Positions 13,590 to 27,217 of a stretch of 64,000 nucleotides of DNA are shown here, one piece after another. The translations under genes were made by a program, and so were the position numbers. Source of the DNA: Octopus sinensis (lineage: Eukaryota); the NCBI RefSeq assembly GCF_006345805.1, contig NC_043007.1, forward strand, positions 51,088,001-51,152,000, read 5' to 3'. Under the pieces are notes generated by a model. That model did no database searches. It saw only the letters and a program-made list of their open reading frames with translations, and was not told the DNA's origin. Numbering within the stretch: the first letter of the stretch is position 1; each line of letters begins with the position of its first letter.

Positions 13590-14230
13590 TGAAAATGCAT
13601 TCAAAGGAAATAATTTCTTTAGTTCAAAGGAAGAGAGATAGTCTAAAGCTGAAAAAATAGCTGTTGATTTGAAGATTTTGAAGTCTACAGGGCAATATAT
13701 GTTAAATAATGACTATAACTGAACGAAGAAGGAAAAAGTCGTTGGGAAGAGAATTCAAAGGTAAATGAAGATGACTGTGAACCATGTACCGGAAGCTGGA
13801 GAAAAGGTAACGGCACGGAGAATGAAGGAGAAATCTGAAATATATGTAAATATTTGAACAGTTCAAAGAACGCTGAAAGAAATTGGATCCAAGTATTGAA
13901 AGGACAAGAGGAGAATTCATTTAAGCGAAAACGTTAAGAAGGCAAGTTTAGACTGCGCAAAATCATGGTTGGCGACTTATGTTGATTTTACCAAAGTAAT
14001 TATAACTGATGAGAAGCGATTTAATTTTGATGGATCCGACGAAAGGTGAACCAGTGATGCTAAATAAAATGAAGATGGGCGGAGGGAGAATAATGGTATG
14101 GAGCATGGCCTGTTCAAGTGGATATTTTTGATCAGAGTGGCTGAAAGGAAGACAGAATAGAATAAGATACATCTAGCTGTTGCAAACAAGAGCTTTGGCC
14201 CATATTAGAGAACAGATAGAAGATAATTTT
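13590..14230 (+). mobile_element. Decayed Tc1/Tc3-like transposase remnant
   Basis: KVIITDEKRFNFDGSD (13993-14040) and MGGGRIMVWS (about 14075-14104) match the first catalytic Asp region of Tc1-family transposases. Confidence 0.7.
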
Positions 14231-14324
14231 CTCTTCCAACAGGTTAAATGTGTCAAAAACAATCAAGGAACAGCATCAACAGCAACATCAATAACACCCA
14301 ACAGCAACAATAACATACCTCAAG

Positions 14325-16200
14325 GATTTCCTGAGGATTCTTGCAGAATATAGGATGGTACTTTTCTGCAGGTTAGTAATGCAAGTTTCAATTCAAATCT
14401 CTTTCAGTCTTTTAGGTAGCATTTTGGTGTTGTGTCAAGTGCACCAATGGCTACAGAAACAATTGTTTTCTTGGTCTTCCACAGTCTCCTCAGCTTTCTG
14501 GCTAGATCCTGATATTTCGCAATTTTTTTCCATTTCTTTGGTATCGACTCTGCTATCATAAGAAATTGCAAAATCTATGATGTTATACTGTTTGTTTATT
14601 TTGTCCTCTATAATCATATCAGGTCTTCTTGCTTTGACTTTATTAGTTCATGTTCAAACCACGTTTTTAGCCACATACTCGCCTAACATCTCGATGCACT
14701 CTTTTGCCTACATAGTTGTCTGCGCTTATATTCATTTGTGTTAGTATACTGCACTCACTCAAAGAGTGATTCTTTCGTCTCCTTTTCTGCATATTCTACA
14801 TTTGCTGTCTGACTGAGTTTTGTCGATCTTTACCTTTTATCAGATTTTTGTAAAGGTTGTTCCTGAGAAGCTATAATTAGCGTTTCTACCTCTCGTTTCA
14901 AGTTACCGTCCGTCAACCAGAGTCAGCGATTTTACTTCTAACATTCTCGGTTTATTGTATGAATTGACCATTTAATTCAGTTTCTTGCCATTTCTTTCTT
15001 AGTTGCTCTTCCTTTTCTCTTTGAATTCTCTAACCTTTTAGGTATCTCTAGCTGCCGATAGTATTCTTTCTTTACTCTGCAGAACATAAATTTCCCGACC
15101 CAGTATCGCAGTACTCACAGTACCTTTTGCGTTTAGTAACTCTCTGTCACCTTCCTTTCTTGATAGGTATAATCTTTTAGGGTGGAGTGCATTGTGCATT
15201 GTGAGTAGCTTTCTAGTTCTTCTATCCAAGTTCTGTAGCTCGATCTTTGTCCATCTCGAGATGGGAGCAGAGTATCTCAGTACTGACATAACCCATGTAT
15301 TTATGGCATTAAGGATATTCCCTCCAATCATGTTTCGATTACCTTCCTAATTCTCTTGTACTCTTTAGTGACTTTCTCCCTCACTACTCTTTTCATTATC
15401 TTATCGTCTTGCAGTACACTCAGATATTTGTACCTCTCATTATCTCACAGCGATCTAATGATGTCTTGTGTTAATTTTATGCCATCAGATTTTATCTCCC
15501 GGTTTCCCCTCATAATTAATACTGCGTGCTTATTTACCCCAAACTGCATTTCAATAGTTTTACTGAATACTTTCACTGTTTGGATCTAATAATACAGGTA
15601 TGCCTCATTTTTTTTATTTATAACTTTAGGTAATCCATATAAAGTTGGAGATTTATTCTCATCTTGATATTCATAAACTCATAGGCAGGCCTGAACTTTC
15701 TCAGTATACTTGACAGAGGCATTAGCGCAATGATGAAGAGTAACAGAGAGAGCGAGTTTCCCTAGAAAATGCCCTTGCGTTTTTTCAGGTTACCTAGCAC
15801 ATGTCTGTTCTTTTCCCAACACTTCCTTTGCTTTTTCTAAAAAGTTGCTTTTCTTCTCATTGACTCCAGTGTCTTCAGGTACTCTAAAACCTAGTTGTAC
15901 GGGACATTGTCGTAAAACGTCCTCTAATTTATTCATCCATTTGATAAATTCTTCCAAACTTGTACCTCATTTAATATTCTGCTATTAGTATATAGCAGTT
16001 GAGCAGTTGTCCTTGATTTCTTCCTACATCCTTTTTGCTCCTCTGACAATAGATTTCCCTTTTCCAGAAAATTATATAATTCATTTGTTATGAGACCTGT
16101 TAATAGTTTCCAGAATAATGGTAAGCAAGTAACAGGTCTATATTTGCTGACTTCCCTTCTCTTTTCATTGTCCTTCTGTATAAGCGCTGGTGTTCCATTT
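14325..16200 (-). mobile_element. Decayed R4/Dong-like LINE (RT, thumb, RLE)
   Basis: YRPVTCLPLFWKLLTG...EEQKGCRKKSRT; GNILNAINTWVMSVLRYSA..LDRRTRKLLTMHNALHPK.RLYLSRKEG; RPDMII..IIDFAISYDSRV..KEMEK; VAIGAL. Confidence 0.85.
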
Positions 16201-16638
16201 TTTTTTTTGCAGTCATTAATTATTATTATTGAGAAACTGGCACGATCGTTAGCACACCGGAGGAACACAGGGAGTGGCAAGTAGTCAGCAGAAAGGCCCC
16301 AAAACAAAGGGCGACAAGCCATGTCTCCACCACAAAAACATTAACGTAGACGAAACACCCAAAATACACCAAATTGTCTTACACCAGCACATGCACCGAA
16401 ACAACGCCCAAAACAATAAAAACAACAAACTATAAAATCATCATTACAACAACCAAACCTGTCACTTTAACTCTACAACGACAACAAAACACAACGACAA
16501 GAAGCACCAAAAGAAATAACAACAAAGACAACGACGTATACACGTAGAAAATATCACAGGGATAAACAAAAACAAGTTGATTGACAACATAGACAAACAT
16601 TACAAAAAGAAGTTTTGAAAAATTCACTCCGTAAACTC

Positions 16639-16784
<146 letters not shown>

Positions 16785-17574
16785 TGAGAGTACTAATAAT
16801 AAAAAAACAAATTAAATTTGTCATACTGACTCGGACAACTGGGATTTTCAGAAAATCGGTAAGCAAAACGTTTTTACAAGGGTCTTTCAAGGAACACCCA
16901 TCTTAAAACGAACACAGACTTCCACCCCACAAGAGATAATTTATGTAACTGCGTTCTCTATTTTCTTCAATAAACATAATATCACTTAGAGTAAGATGTA
17001 TGAATGCACGTGGTCTGGGGTCAGATTGGACGCAAGACTACTTGCTCAACGACCTCAAGATATAATATCCAGTAATGAAACCAAAATTTCTGGGACGCAC
17101 GCATTCAACCCCAAAACGAATTCATCTAGTGGTCTGATGGGATTGGACGGTGGGTAGTAGTGTTTTTCCGAAAAGAATTAGGCTTGTAGATACAAAGGGT
17201 CTTTCTGGATCTGGCAGGTAAGTCAATAATAGTAGATGTGAATGATAGTAAAAGGCTATGCCTTCTGACTAGCGTCCGTTTAAGCACCCACTGGTACAGG
17301 ACGGTCAGTCTTCTGTAGACGTCTGAGAATCTTAAGAACATTCCGCTCTTTAGTACTAGTAGGGGATTGGATCGTACTTAAAGCATTTGTTTCGTTAGCT
17401 GAAAGTAATAGTTTAGAAAGGCGGATGTGAGTATTGGTAGAACACAGGAAAAAAATAGAATAACAGCCAAGTAATGTGGCCTTGTCCCCAAGGAAAACAT
17501 ATATTTAAGAGAATGAAGCATTAGAAATCGGGGAACTAGTGATGGTGTGCGTTGGTGGTAAATGTTTATAATGT

Positions 17575-17875
17575 TGTCGATGTGTGGTAAGAAGCTTACT
17601 TCTCATGCACATGTTTCCGGGTTCAGTCCCACTGCATGTTACCTTGGGCATGTGTCTTCTACTATCGCCTCGGTCCGATTAAAGCTTTGCAAGTTGATTT
17701 GGTAGATGGAAATTGAAAGAAACTCGTCATAAATATGTATATGTATATATCTATGTGTGTACCTTTGTGTTTGTGTTTGTCCCCCACAACCGGTGTTGGT
17801 ATTTTTACGTTCCCGTAAATTGGCGGTTCTGCAAAATAGAATATAGAAATAAGTACTAGGCTTTATAAAATATGA
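17575..17875 (+). mobile_element. tRNA-derived SINE family C
   Basis: TGTGTGGTAAGAAGCTT...GGGTTCAGTCCCACTGC..ACCTTGGGCATGTGTCTTCTACTAT; reverse complement of 37745-38165. Confidence 0.8.
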
Positions 17876-18673
17876 TATGGAATGGAAAAGATTAAACTGA
17901 CGTTTTGGTCTGATGCCGTTCATCACAGAATCCTACATAAAATGTCAGATTTTTGCTCTCTCTAATGGAAAAATAATATATTACACTTAGTGAATTTTTC
18001 CATATTAATCAGTTTTCTTTTTATACTTCACGGATCACATTTATCACCTCAATGATAATAGTAATCATTATCAATAATATCACCGTCTTAGTTGTCATTA
18101 GCGTCGTCGTCATCGTCATCATCATCATCATCATCATCATCACCATCATTGCCTTCAACTATATTGTTGTCATTATTTTATTTTATAACTAGTTGCCACC
18201 ACTCCCAAAATATTTTCTAATATGGACGCTTTCAATCAAACGTCACCATCTTTCTTCCTTTTCTTCTTTGCCTGTTCTTTGTTTCTTGCATTCTTTCTGT
18301 CATTTTCCCTTCCTTCTTAAAGTAATTGTTATCTTATGCTGCAATTGTTGTTGTTGTTGTTGTTATTCTTGTTCTCGTTGTTAATACTTTTGACGTTCAA
18401 TTTTGAATGTCATCGAAAAGTGTGGTGTGGCTGACGGGGGTAGGTGTGGTAGGAGGCGTAGCTTAGATGATGTGAGTGGTGTGTGTATGAAGGGGTGCTA
18501 TCCTTTTGAAGATATTTATCAGTGAGTTTTCTCGTCTATACTTGTCTTCAGCACCGACAAAGAAATAGAGAGAAAAGAGAGATAGAAAAAGAAGAGAGAG
18601 ATATATGAACAAATATATATGTATATGTGTATATATATATACATCTGTGTGTGCGTGTGCGTATGTGCGCGTG

Positions 18674-18717
<44 letters not shown>

Positions 18718-18940
18718 CGTTGGCGTATACATATGCGCATGTTTGTGTGACCATAATCGTTTTTGTCAGTTATCATAAAAGGCTATCATGTCCATTAGCG
18801 ATGATTATTTTGAATATGGCAATGGTTGTTATTGTTGTTATTGCTGTTGCTGTTTTTGTTTATCCCAAGGTCAGTTCTGGTTGGGTAAGCCCATATATCC
18901 GGATATTTCTCCCAAACTATATTGTTGAATATTGAGAAAG

Positions 18941-19088
18941 ATTTGGTAGGTACTTCTAGCAGGTCAAGCATCCACTTTGAGATTGCTTTGTATTTGGCAG
19001 GTATTTCTAGCAGGTCAAGTGTCCACTTAGTTGCTTGGTATTTGGCACGTATTTTCAGCAGGTCAAACGCCCACTTGGAGGTTGCTCT
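18941..19088. repeat. Minisatellite, 3 units of 48-51 bp
   Basis: Units ATTTGG(T/C)A(G/C)GTA(C/T)TT(CT/TC)AGCAGGTCAA..(T/C)CCACTT..TTGCT start at 18941, 18992 and 19040. Confidence 0.85.
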
Positions 19089-19239
19089 ATTGACTTAGTA
19101 TGAAGAAGTGTTAGGGTTGGAATTAAAGGTCACGTTTAGAGGCAACGAACAGCAAGATATAGTCTCTCTCATACACGCAAACGCATATATAGATACACTT
19201 GTATGTTTACAATAAGGCACACATATACATAGATACACA

Positions 19240-19297
<58 letters not shown>

Positions 19298-19577
19298 CGG
19301 GTCAATACCCAGAAACTCGAGTCCGTGTGTATCATAAGTTGAAGACGGGAAGGATGGCTTCCTTTTGCAAATACTGATAGGGCACAGAAAGTGTGTCTAA
19401 AGCCAGCTGGAGGAGGTGTCCTTCTGGGGCTACAAACTACAGTAGCATCCACCCTTAGTCGTTAGCCATATTTAAATAACAAATATACGTCACGATGTGT
19501 TGCAGCTACTGTTTATAACTCGCTCTAAGATTTATATATATATATATAATCAAATTAAGCAACAAGAATGACTCCGG

Positions 19578-19670
19578 TAATTTGGTACGATCGTTTCGTA
19601 CTACATCATTTTATTAAATGTTGTAAGTATTACAACAGTTTTAAAATGCTGAGCACTCATCAACCAATTA
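19578..19670 (-). ncRNA. Type I hammerhead motif H2 (C3U core substitution, long stem II)
   Basis: Minus strand: UAAUUGG-UUGAUGA-GUGCU[CAGCAUUUU..UGUUGUAA-uac-UUACAACA..AAAAUGAUG-u]AGUAC-GAAAC-GAUC-GUA-CCAAAUUA; stem I 7 bp with one bulge; palindromic ACGAUCGU. Confidence 0.7.
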
Positions 19671-20449
19671 TGGAGGTTTTCCATTAATACAAGTGGCAAC
19701 ATTATAGAGAAGGTAGATACATAGACAAAGATGTGATTTAAATTTTAAGAACATTTGAGGTAGTGGAGCCCATCAACTGACTGACTAAGATTCAGTTATT
19801 CCAGACTACTGTAATGTTCTGAGAGGGAAGAACAAATGAAAGGAGACAAGAAAGATTTTCTAATTATAGAAATGGGGTAAAGGGGGTGTCATAGCTCCAT
19901 ATGAGGAATTTATGTAGAAGACAGCATTGTCACAACTAAATGCCAATTACTAGTATTTGATGAACTGATTCGGCGTTAGGAGAACTAGGTCAATGTCAAA
20001 TGGTCAGAATAACATTCACAGTGAATGCAGAGACCTTACAGACCCTATGCATATCATCACAACAGTTGGTCTATAAGTTCCAAGTACTTTGACATGTTAG
20101 AATAAAGGAAAAAATATAAATCTAGAATTTATTCAAATTTGGAGAAAGAGACTATCACTTATTGTGAGTAGGCATAGTACTTATTAACTGGGGAGAAAAG
20201 CTTTATTAATCATGTGAACATATTAGGGGTCAAAATATATACTAAGAAAGATGGAAGAGGGAAAATCAAAGAAGGAAGATATTCATAGGTTTAGTAGGCG
20301 ATATTTTATAATATGAAGAGAGGTAATTTAGAAGAGTAAATTATTCAAATTTCATGGATAGTGAGTCGATATTAATGAATTAAAATATAGAATCAATTGG
20401 AAATAAAATTTACTACTTGCGGATAAAAGTTAATTAGTTAGATAAAAAT

Positions 20450-20930
20450 ATCTTAGGTTAATTATATATTAAGAAATGGTAGTGAGATAATCAAGATGAA
20501 CCAAGTTTCCCAGGGACATAGGATTAATACTACTTAGTATTGGAGAACATTATAAAAAAGAAGAATTTAATTCTAAGTTTGCAATGAAGTTTTTTAATCA
20601 TTTATGGGTGTCAAACTAAAACCAGTATGGTATACTCGTTCCTATTTGGTTAAATATATTTTGCAGATATATCTTAAACTAATTATATATTAAGAAACGG
20701 AAGTGAGATAATCAAGGGGAACTGAATAGTTTCTTTAGGGACATAGGATTCATGCTATTTAGTATTCCTACTATTTGGGATTCATACTATTTAGGATTCC
20801 AACTATTTAGATTCATACAGTTTAATTTTAGAAAAAAGAATTCAATTTTAAGTTTGAAGTGAAGTTATTTTAACCATCTATAAATGTTAAATTGAAAACT
20901 AGTATAGTATATTCCTTCTTATTTGGTTAT
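20450..20930. repeat. Old diverged tandem duplication (about 210-260 bp units)
   Basis: ATCTTA..TAATTATATATTAAGAAA(T/C)GG.AGTGAGATAATCAAG...AGGGACATAGGATT...TATTTGGTTA occurs twice (about 20450 and 20670). Confidence 0.7.
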
Positions 20931-21376
20931 AAAGAATTAAAATTTGAAAAATATAGGAATATTCACAAAATTATTATTTAAAGTATTTAAACGTTCGGGT
21001 CGTACGATGTATACAAGATGATCCCAGCTCCAAACGGTTATTCAACAGATTTGTATTACTCTGATGTTTCAAAAATTTCATAAGTTTCCATAGAACATAG
21101 TTGACAACCATCCCTATTATTTCTATAAGATTGCGCTCTTCTAACTATATTCCATTTTAGGTTGAATTCTATATTATTTGTTTTTAGTTCCCAAATTTTA
21201 CTACATAATGTTGTGCAACTTGCCTTATGTTTGAGCCTAAAAGAGAAAAAATGATTGTTTAGACGTTTTTTTAAAATCTATATATATATATATATCATTA
21301 TCGCTATGGGCTCCGTGTGGGCAGCCATCTAAAAGTTTTTGTGCACCTTGATGCTGACATAAGTTCCTTGCTTTTC

Positions 21377-21449
21377 ATGATGAGAAGGTGGCATAATGCA
21401 CCCCTTATTCCTTCGAAATTAGGAATATGCAGCCTTCGAAACATATGTC
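21377..21449 (+). ncRNA. Degenerate type I hammerhead motif H4
   Basis: AUGAUGA-GAAGG...CCUUC-GAAAC-AUAU-GUC: perfect 5-bp stem II base and palindromic ACAUAUGU, but C3A and no stem I pairing. Confidence 0.45.
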
Positions 21450-21474
21450 GTTCAACCTCATTCTTTCATTTATT

Positions 21475-21558
<84 letters not shown>

Positions 21559-21645
21559 GCATATCGATACAATAATTGTTCTTGTCAGGAACAAAAAAAG
21601 GTTTAATAGGATTGCAATAGAAGTGCTCTATTGGAAGAGACAAAA

Positions 21646-22435
21646 ATATCAAACTAAAATCATTGAACAAGCAAATACAAGGTCAACCGCATGTCATTTC
21701 ATAATTCGAACATTTAATTATAGAATAAATATATAACCCGCAAGATGGAACAAAATTCATATGTACAGCACGTAATAATAATAATATGGTATGGTGCGAG
21801 AAAAATTCTTATCATTAAAACTTAGAATTAATATTCTAGCGATTCAAAGAGAATACATTTATAAAAGGACGTAGAAAGTAAAATATAATATAAGTAATAT
21901 ATAAAAATATATAGGTATATAAAAATATAGGCATATAAAAATATATAAAACATATATAAATATATATACATATAGGAGCATATAAAAAATATAATATATA
22001 TATATATATATATATCGTGTAAATAAAGTAAAATAAGGTTCATCGTTTAGAAATCTTAATCAGGTAAAATAAGCCTTATGTATAAGAAGGAAATCATGTT
22101 TACTTATCCCTATGGCCATTTCAGGGGTGTATTATGTTTAAAGCACTAGGGTGCCTTCAGATAATACCTCCTTCGTCAGGGAAAAAAAATATATATATAA
22201 ATAAATATATAAAAATATATATATAAAAATCGCTAGAATCGCTAGAATATTAATTCTAAGTTTTAATGATAAGAATTTTTCTCGCACCATACCATATTAT
22301 TATTATTACGTGCTGTACATATGAATTTTGTTCCATCTTGCGGGTTATATGTTTATTCTATAATTAAATCTTCGAATTATGAAATGACATGCGGTTGACC
22401 TTGTATTTGCTTGTTCAATGATTTTAGTTTGATAT
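21646..22435. repeat. Foldback: 200-bp inverted arms (21646-21845 / 22236-22435) resembling a decayed Penelope GIY-YIG C-terminus
   Basis: Arms differ at about 2 positions by eye; frameshifted peptides STACHF, FEHLIIE and RKMEQ.FI resemble the PLE endonuclease tail; the spacer holds hammerhead H5. Confidence 0.8.
22104..22184 (-). ncRNA. Type I hammerhead ribozyme motif H5 (intact core, long stem II)
   Basis: Minus strand: UUCC-CUGACGA-AGGaG-GUAUUAU-cug-AAGGCAC-ccua-GUGCUUU-aaac-AUAAUAC-aCcCCU-GAAA-UGGCCA-UA-GGGA; palindromic AUGGCCAU, cleavage triplet AUA, 4-bp stem I. Confidence 0.75.
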
Positions 22436-22530
22436 ATATATATGCATATATACATATGTATATGTACGTACTTACATTTATACACACACCACACACACAC
22501 ACACACACACATACACACAAACACACACAC

Positions 22531-22589
<59 letters not shown>

Positions 22590-22592
<3 letters not shown>

Positions 22593-22924
22593 TATGAGGG
22601 TACAAGTCACGAAACGTGTACAACAAAAAATACGAAGCACAAGTACATGGAAGATGAACTATTCTTTCGATCTAAGAAAGACATAAATGGAAAACAAAGC
22701 AAGCAACATAAAGAACGACCCTTTATCAGTTGTTGGCTGTTTTTCTAGTCTCGTACTTCGAGCATTTTAAAACAAAATGCTCGAAATACGAGACTAGAAA
22801 AACACTCAACATCTGATGAAGAGTCGCTCTTTATGTTGCTTGTTTTGCTTTCCAGTTCATGTTCCATGTACTCGTGCTTCGTATTTTTTGTTGTACACGT
22901 TTTGTGACGTCCTGTGTGCACTTA

Positions 22925-22925
<1 letters not shown>
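22590..22925. repeat. Near-zero-spacer palindrome (loop AAAAC at 22769-22773), Penelope-like repeat family
   Basis: Arms of about 150-180 bp are reverse-complementary with substitutions and indels; related sequence at 45320-45540 and more distantly 23160-23320; (TA)n on both sides. Confidence 0.85.
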
Positions 22926-22959
<34 letters not shown>

Positions 22960-23412
22960 GTATAGATGTATGTACATATATGTATGTATATATGCATATA
23001 TATATATACATACATATATATAAATATATATATACACACACATATATATATATACACATATACATATATATAACAAATTGAAAAATAAAACATATGCATA
23101 AATACATATATATATATATACATACCTACATCTATATGTATATATACATGCATATATGGGTACAGGAGACCAAAAAATCGTAGAACACGAGTAACGAAAA
23201 CATAAAAACAAAAACATGGAAACGGACTTTTTCAAACAACGAAAAAACAAACAAGACATACAACACAAGGAACATTCCCCTTCTTCAGCTGCCCCTGCTT
23301 CGACTACTCCGTGTGTCGAAGGTATACATATATATATATATATATATTATATGATTGAACACCACTCATCCTCTTCCAAGTAAGTTTTATATATATGTAT
23401 ATATATATATAT

Positions 23413-23481
<69 letters not shown>

Positions 23482-23490
23482 ATATATAAT

Positions 23491-23560
<70 letters not shown>

Positions 23561-24175
23561 ATACATATATATATACGAGTATACACACACATACAAATAT
23601 GTATGCATACATATATATATGCATATCGCATGATCAGCGATATTTAATAAAGCTATTTTCTATCGTTAACTACTTTGTTTTTGTATTATGGCATTTTCCA
23701 CAAACTTTTATAATGAATGCCTTTATCATTAACTTATTACCATGCAATATTTTGAACAGTTCCTTAACGTTAAGTCTAGTTCATTTTTGTAGTAATTGCC
23801 GACACTGTTGTTTCTATAAACACTGTTCAGGAATTGGTGCGTTTAACTAAAGTTTATAGTAACTAGATGAATTGAATCTAAGATTTCTTGTGCATTTTAT
23901 TGGCATTAATTTTCTTGCCCTTGCTTTCAATCTTACACACATTTGTATTTGTGTCTACACACACACACACGCGAACACACGCACTTCCTTCCCCCTACAC
24001 ACACTCTCTCATTAACACACACTCTCACACACACGTGCACACACATATACACATGTCACTAGTTTTGGTATATAACTGGACAAAATGTTATTGTCGGTTT
24101 CACGTCGCATATTGCACTTATACAATGTTCCCGACGCTTCAGACACAAATATAAAAATGGACAACTAACTGGTGA

Positions 24176-24242
<67 letters not shown>

Positions 24243-24329
24243 GTGTGTGTATGTGTGTGTGTGTTTGTGTGTGTGTATGTGTGTGTGTGTTGGGCATGTC
24301 TCCATTTACCAACGAAACCTTGTGCTCCA

Positions 24330-25090
24330 ATTATTATTGGTATGAATATGAATTCATAGTCTGGATATAGAAGCTGCAGGTTTGGAAGAAGTTGTCCATA
24401 GATATCCTCTTTGTCTTAGATTCTTAAAGTGATGTCTATGTCTTGCAGGGCAGCTAACCTCAATGAGGTTAGCTGCCCTGCAGACATAGACATTTGTCTC
24501 AATTGTTTTAGCAACAACATTGTGCGCATAAGGAAGTAGTACTGTGACGACATTTTAGGAAAGCTGCTAATCACTTGTGTAATGTCTTCCATAGAAACAT
24601 GACATAGTCTACACATGCGGTTGCGTCTTGGGATTACAAGAGCGTCACTGTTTCTCTTTGCCACAGGTACTTTGTGGCAATTCCCTGTTCCTGGATTACA
24701 AACGCATAGCCTTCAAAGTGCGATGTGATTTAGTGGTCTTGTGTCCAAGAGAGGCTGCGCTTCGTGTCAATTCTACTGTCTTCTTCAAGCTTCCAGTCAA
24801 CATACCCATGCATGGTCTTTTTTTTTCATGCTGTGTGCTTTCCATTCAGGTCTGCTCATCAGAGAGCCCAGCTATTTTGGGGCTGTATAGGAGGTGATCA
24901 GGAAGGAATTCACTGCCAACCTGTACAATGTTGCTCACTCCACTTTTCAGGACTGCATTAATATATATATTTTTCCTGCTGTTGTTTAACAGGTGCTGCT
25001 TGAGTGATACCATACGGCATTCAAGGCCTCTACGAGCTTCATTTTTTCTTAGGTAGAGCCTGTCAACATCACTGTTTCTGTGGAAGTTGT
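24330..25090 (-). mobile_element. Decayed R4/Dong-like LINE fragment
   Basis: NFHRNSDVDRLYLRKNEARRGL and RRNRMCRLCHVSMEDITQVISS (CCHC region); bounded by (GT)n and (ATGT)n. Confidence 0.75.
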
Positions 25091-26917
25091 ATGTATGTAT
25101 GTATGTATGTATGTATGTATGTATGTATGTATGTATATGCAAGTTGGTGGGTAAATAGGTAGGTATGTATGTTTGTATATCGTTTACTTATGCTGAATCT
25201 GTTATATTTTGTTATAACAGCATTTTATAGTCTTGTTTACTTGGTCCAATTCATAAATTTACGAGTTGGAATGTATTTTGAGCCTTCTTATTATTTTTAT
25301 TACTTGAGATTACATAACATGAATTATATTATGTGTGTTACACCCCCCCCCCAGTAGGTGGTGAGATTATGTTGAACCGCCTCGAAATATTCCCTAAAAT
25401 TCGAATTGAAAAAATCACAGACCAAATAGAAGTATCAACCGTTCAAAATGCCTAAAATGATGGGTGAATATGTAACTTATATAAAGTAATCCGTGTTACG
25501 TAACCTCATATGTAAAACATTGTAGACAAATAATGAGCTTTGCTATCAAAACGTACGTAGCATAATTTAAACGAAAATTAACTACACTCTGTTCATATAC
25601 GTTTCTTCCTCACACACACAGAAGAATTCCCTATAAAAATAGGAATAATTGTCTAAGAAACACCATCTTAATATATCAATAAAACCTATTTCCACTTCAC
25701 TTTTTGTATTGAGTACTTTGCCGTGAATTGCGAATTTCCCTTATTTTGTATTTAAACAACTTAAAATATATGCGTATGTGTGTATTTGGGTGTGCAGTTA
25801 TGTGTGTATGTATGTAATTGCAAGTTCAGCAGCATACACACGTTCGTAGAAACAAACAAGAGTAAATGTTTATTTCATATCTCTGATATTAACACGAACA
25901 CAATTTCTCCATCCTTTAACACAAAGAACGACCAGTTTAAAGAATTAACAAATATATTTCAACACATTGCCCAATGAAAGACGTTAATTTAAACATACCA
26001 GATTTCTCTTGATATTTAGGTATCTATTACTGGCCGTGAAACATTCTTCTTTCTCTCCCTCACACTCACAAACTCATATGCATAAATACATACACACGCA
26101 CACAAACACACACCTACACGTATAATATATCTGTCTATATATGTTTATGTATCACTCTCTCTCCACATACATATATGTATACATACACATGCATGTGTGT
26201 GTGCATATAAATATATATATATATATATATATATGTGTATATATATATATGTATACGTGTATATATATATATATATATACACATATATATGTGTGTATGT
26301 ATATGTATATGTATAAATACATATATACATATATGTATATATATATATGTATGTATGTATGTATATGTATACATAAACCAGACCAGTGCAGTTGATTGAA
26401 TAGACTAAGTTCGGCAGCGATGCATTGAGGAGCGTTGGCGTCAGAATCGGACAGTTTGTAAGATGACGTGGATGACTGCAACGTCCGACATCAGTGCCGT
26501 TTCTCCTGGGTTTGCAGAAATCCTTGCGCAGGATCGGTGTTTTGCTGAGTGGGAATGCTAGACTGCCCGCTTAGCCAGCAGGTTTCACCTTTCAAAAGCT
26601 ATAACAATGCAAGAGAGCGCATTGTGACGAGGTGTATAAAAACACAGGGATATATACTCATACACCTATATATGTGTGCGTATGTTTCCCCCCTCTCTCT
26701 CTCACTCGCACACACACACACCAATTCGGGGAAAGGGTTATTCGACCACAGTACTCAGCGCTCAACTGCTACTTATTTTATCACCTCCGAGAGAATGAAA
26801 GACAATATCAACCTCGTTGGTATTTGAACGTAAATACGGACGAAATGCTAATAAGCTGTTTCCCCGGCGTGTTAACGATTCTGCCAGCTCGCCTTATCTA
26901 TATCTATAAAAGGCAGG

Positions 26918-26954
<37 letters not shown>

Positions 26955-27217
26955 TGAATGTAATTTATGCACGTCCACAAATTAGCACGCACGTCGCTCC
27001 AATTTTAGGAGGACATTGGTCACGATCATGGCTGTGTTTTTGTCAACTTATTTTCCCCGAGGGTCCGCGGATAATGGTAAAAATCGATTTTCAACCATAA
27101 CTCTTACCAATTTCCACGTCGGTGAAATCCATAAGTTTGCTAACATGAGTTAATTCCCCTGTCTAGCAAAGGCGAGAAAGAAAAACAAAGGGAAAAACTT
27201 TAGATTAACAGCCGCAC

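Noticed and set aside
14006-14050. CTGATGAG...CGAAAG hammerhead look-alike
   Set aside because: No stem II or stem III pairing; the bases encode the Tc1 motif TDEKRFNFDGSD.
17893-17935. Minus-strand GUGAUGA-ACGG...CC-AAAAC-GUC hammerhead-like relic
   Set aside because: Two core substitutions and weak stems I and II; cannot be separated from chance without a family alignment.
18941-19088. CRISPR-like array
   Set aside because: Units are contiguous and diverged, there are no unique spacers or cas genes, and the context is eukaryotic; it is a minisatellite.
22780-22840. Hammerhead (type I or II) in the 22.8 kb, 23.3 kb and 45.5 kb family around CTGA(T/A)GAAG
   Set aside because: No GAAA follows the putative stem II; the upstream GCTCGAAA permutation lacks U16.1 and a stem I hairpin.
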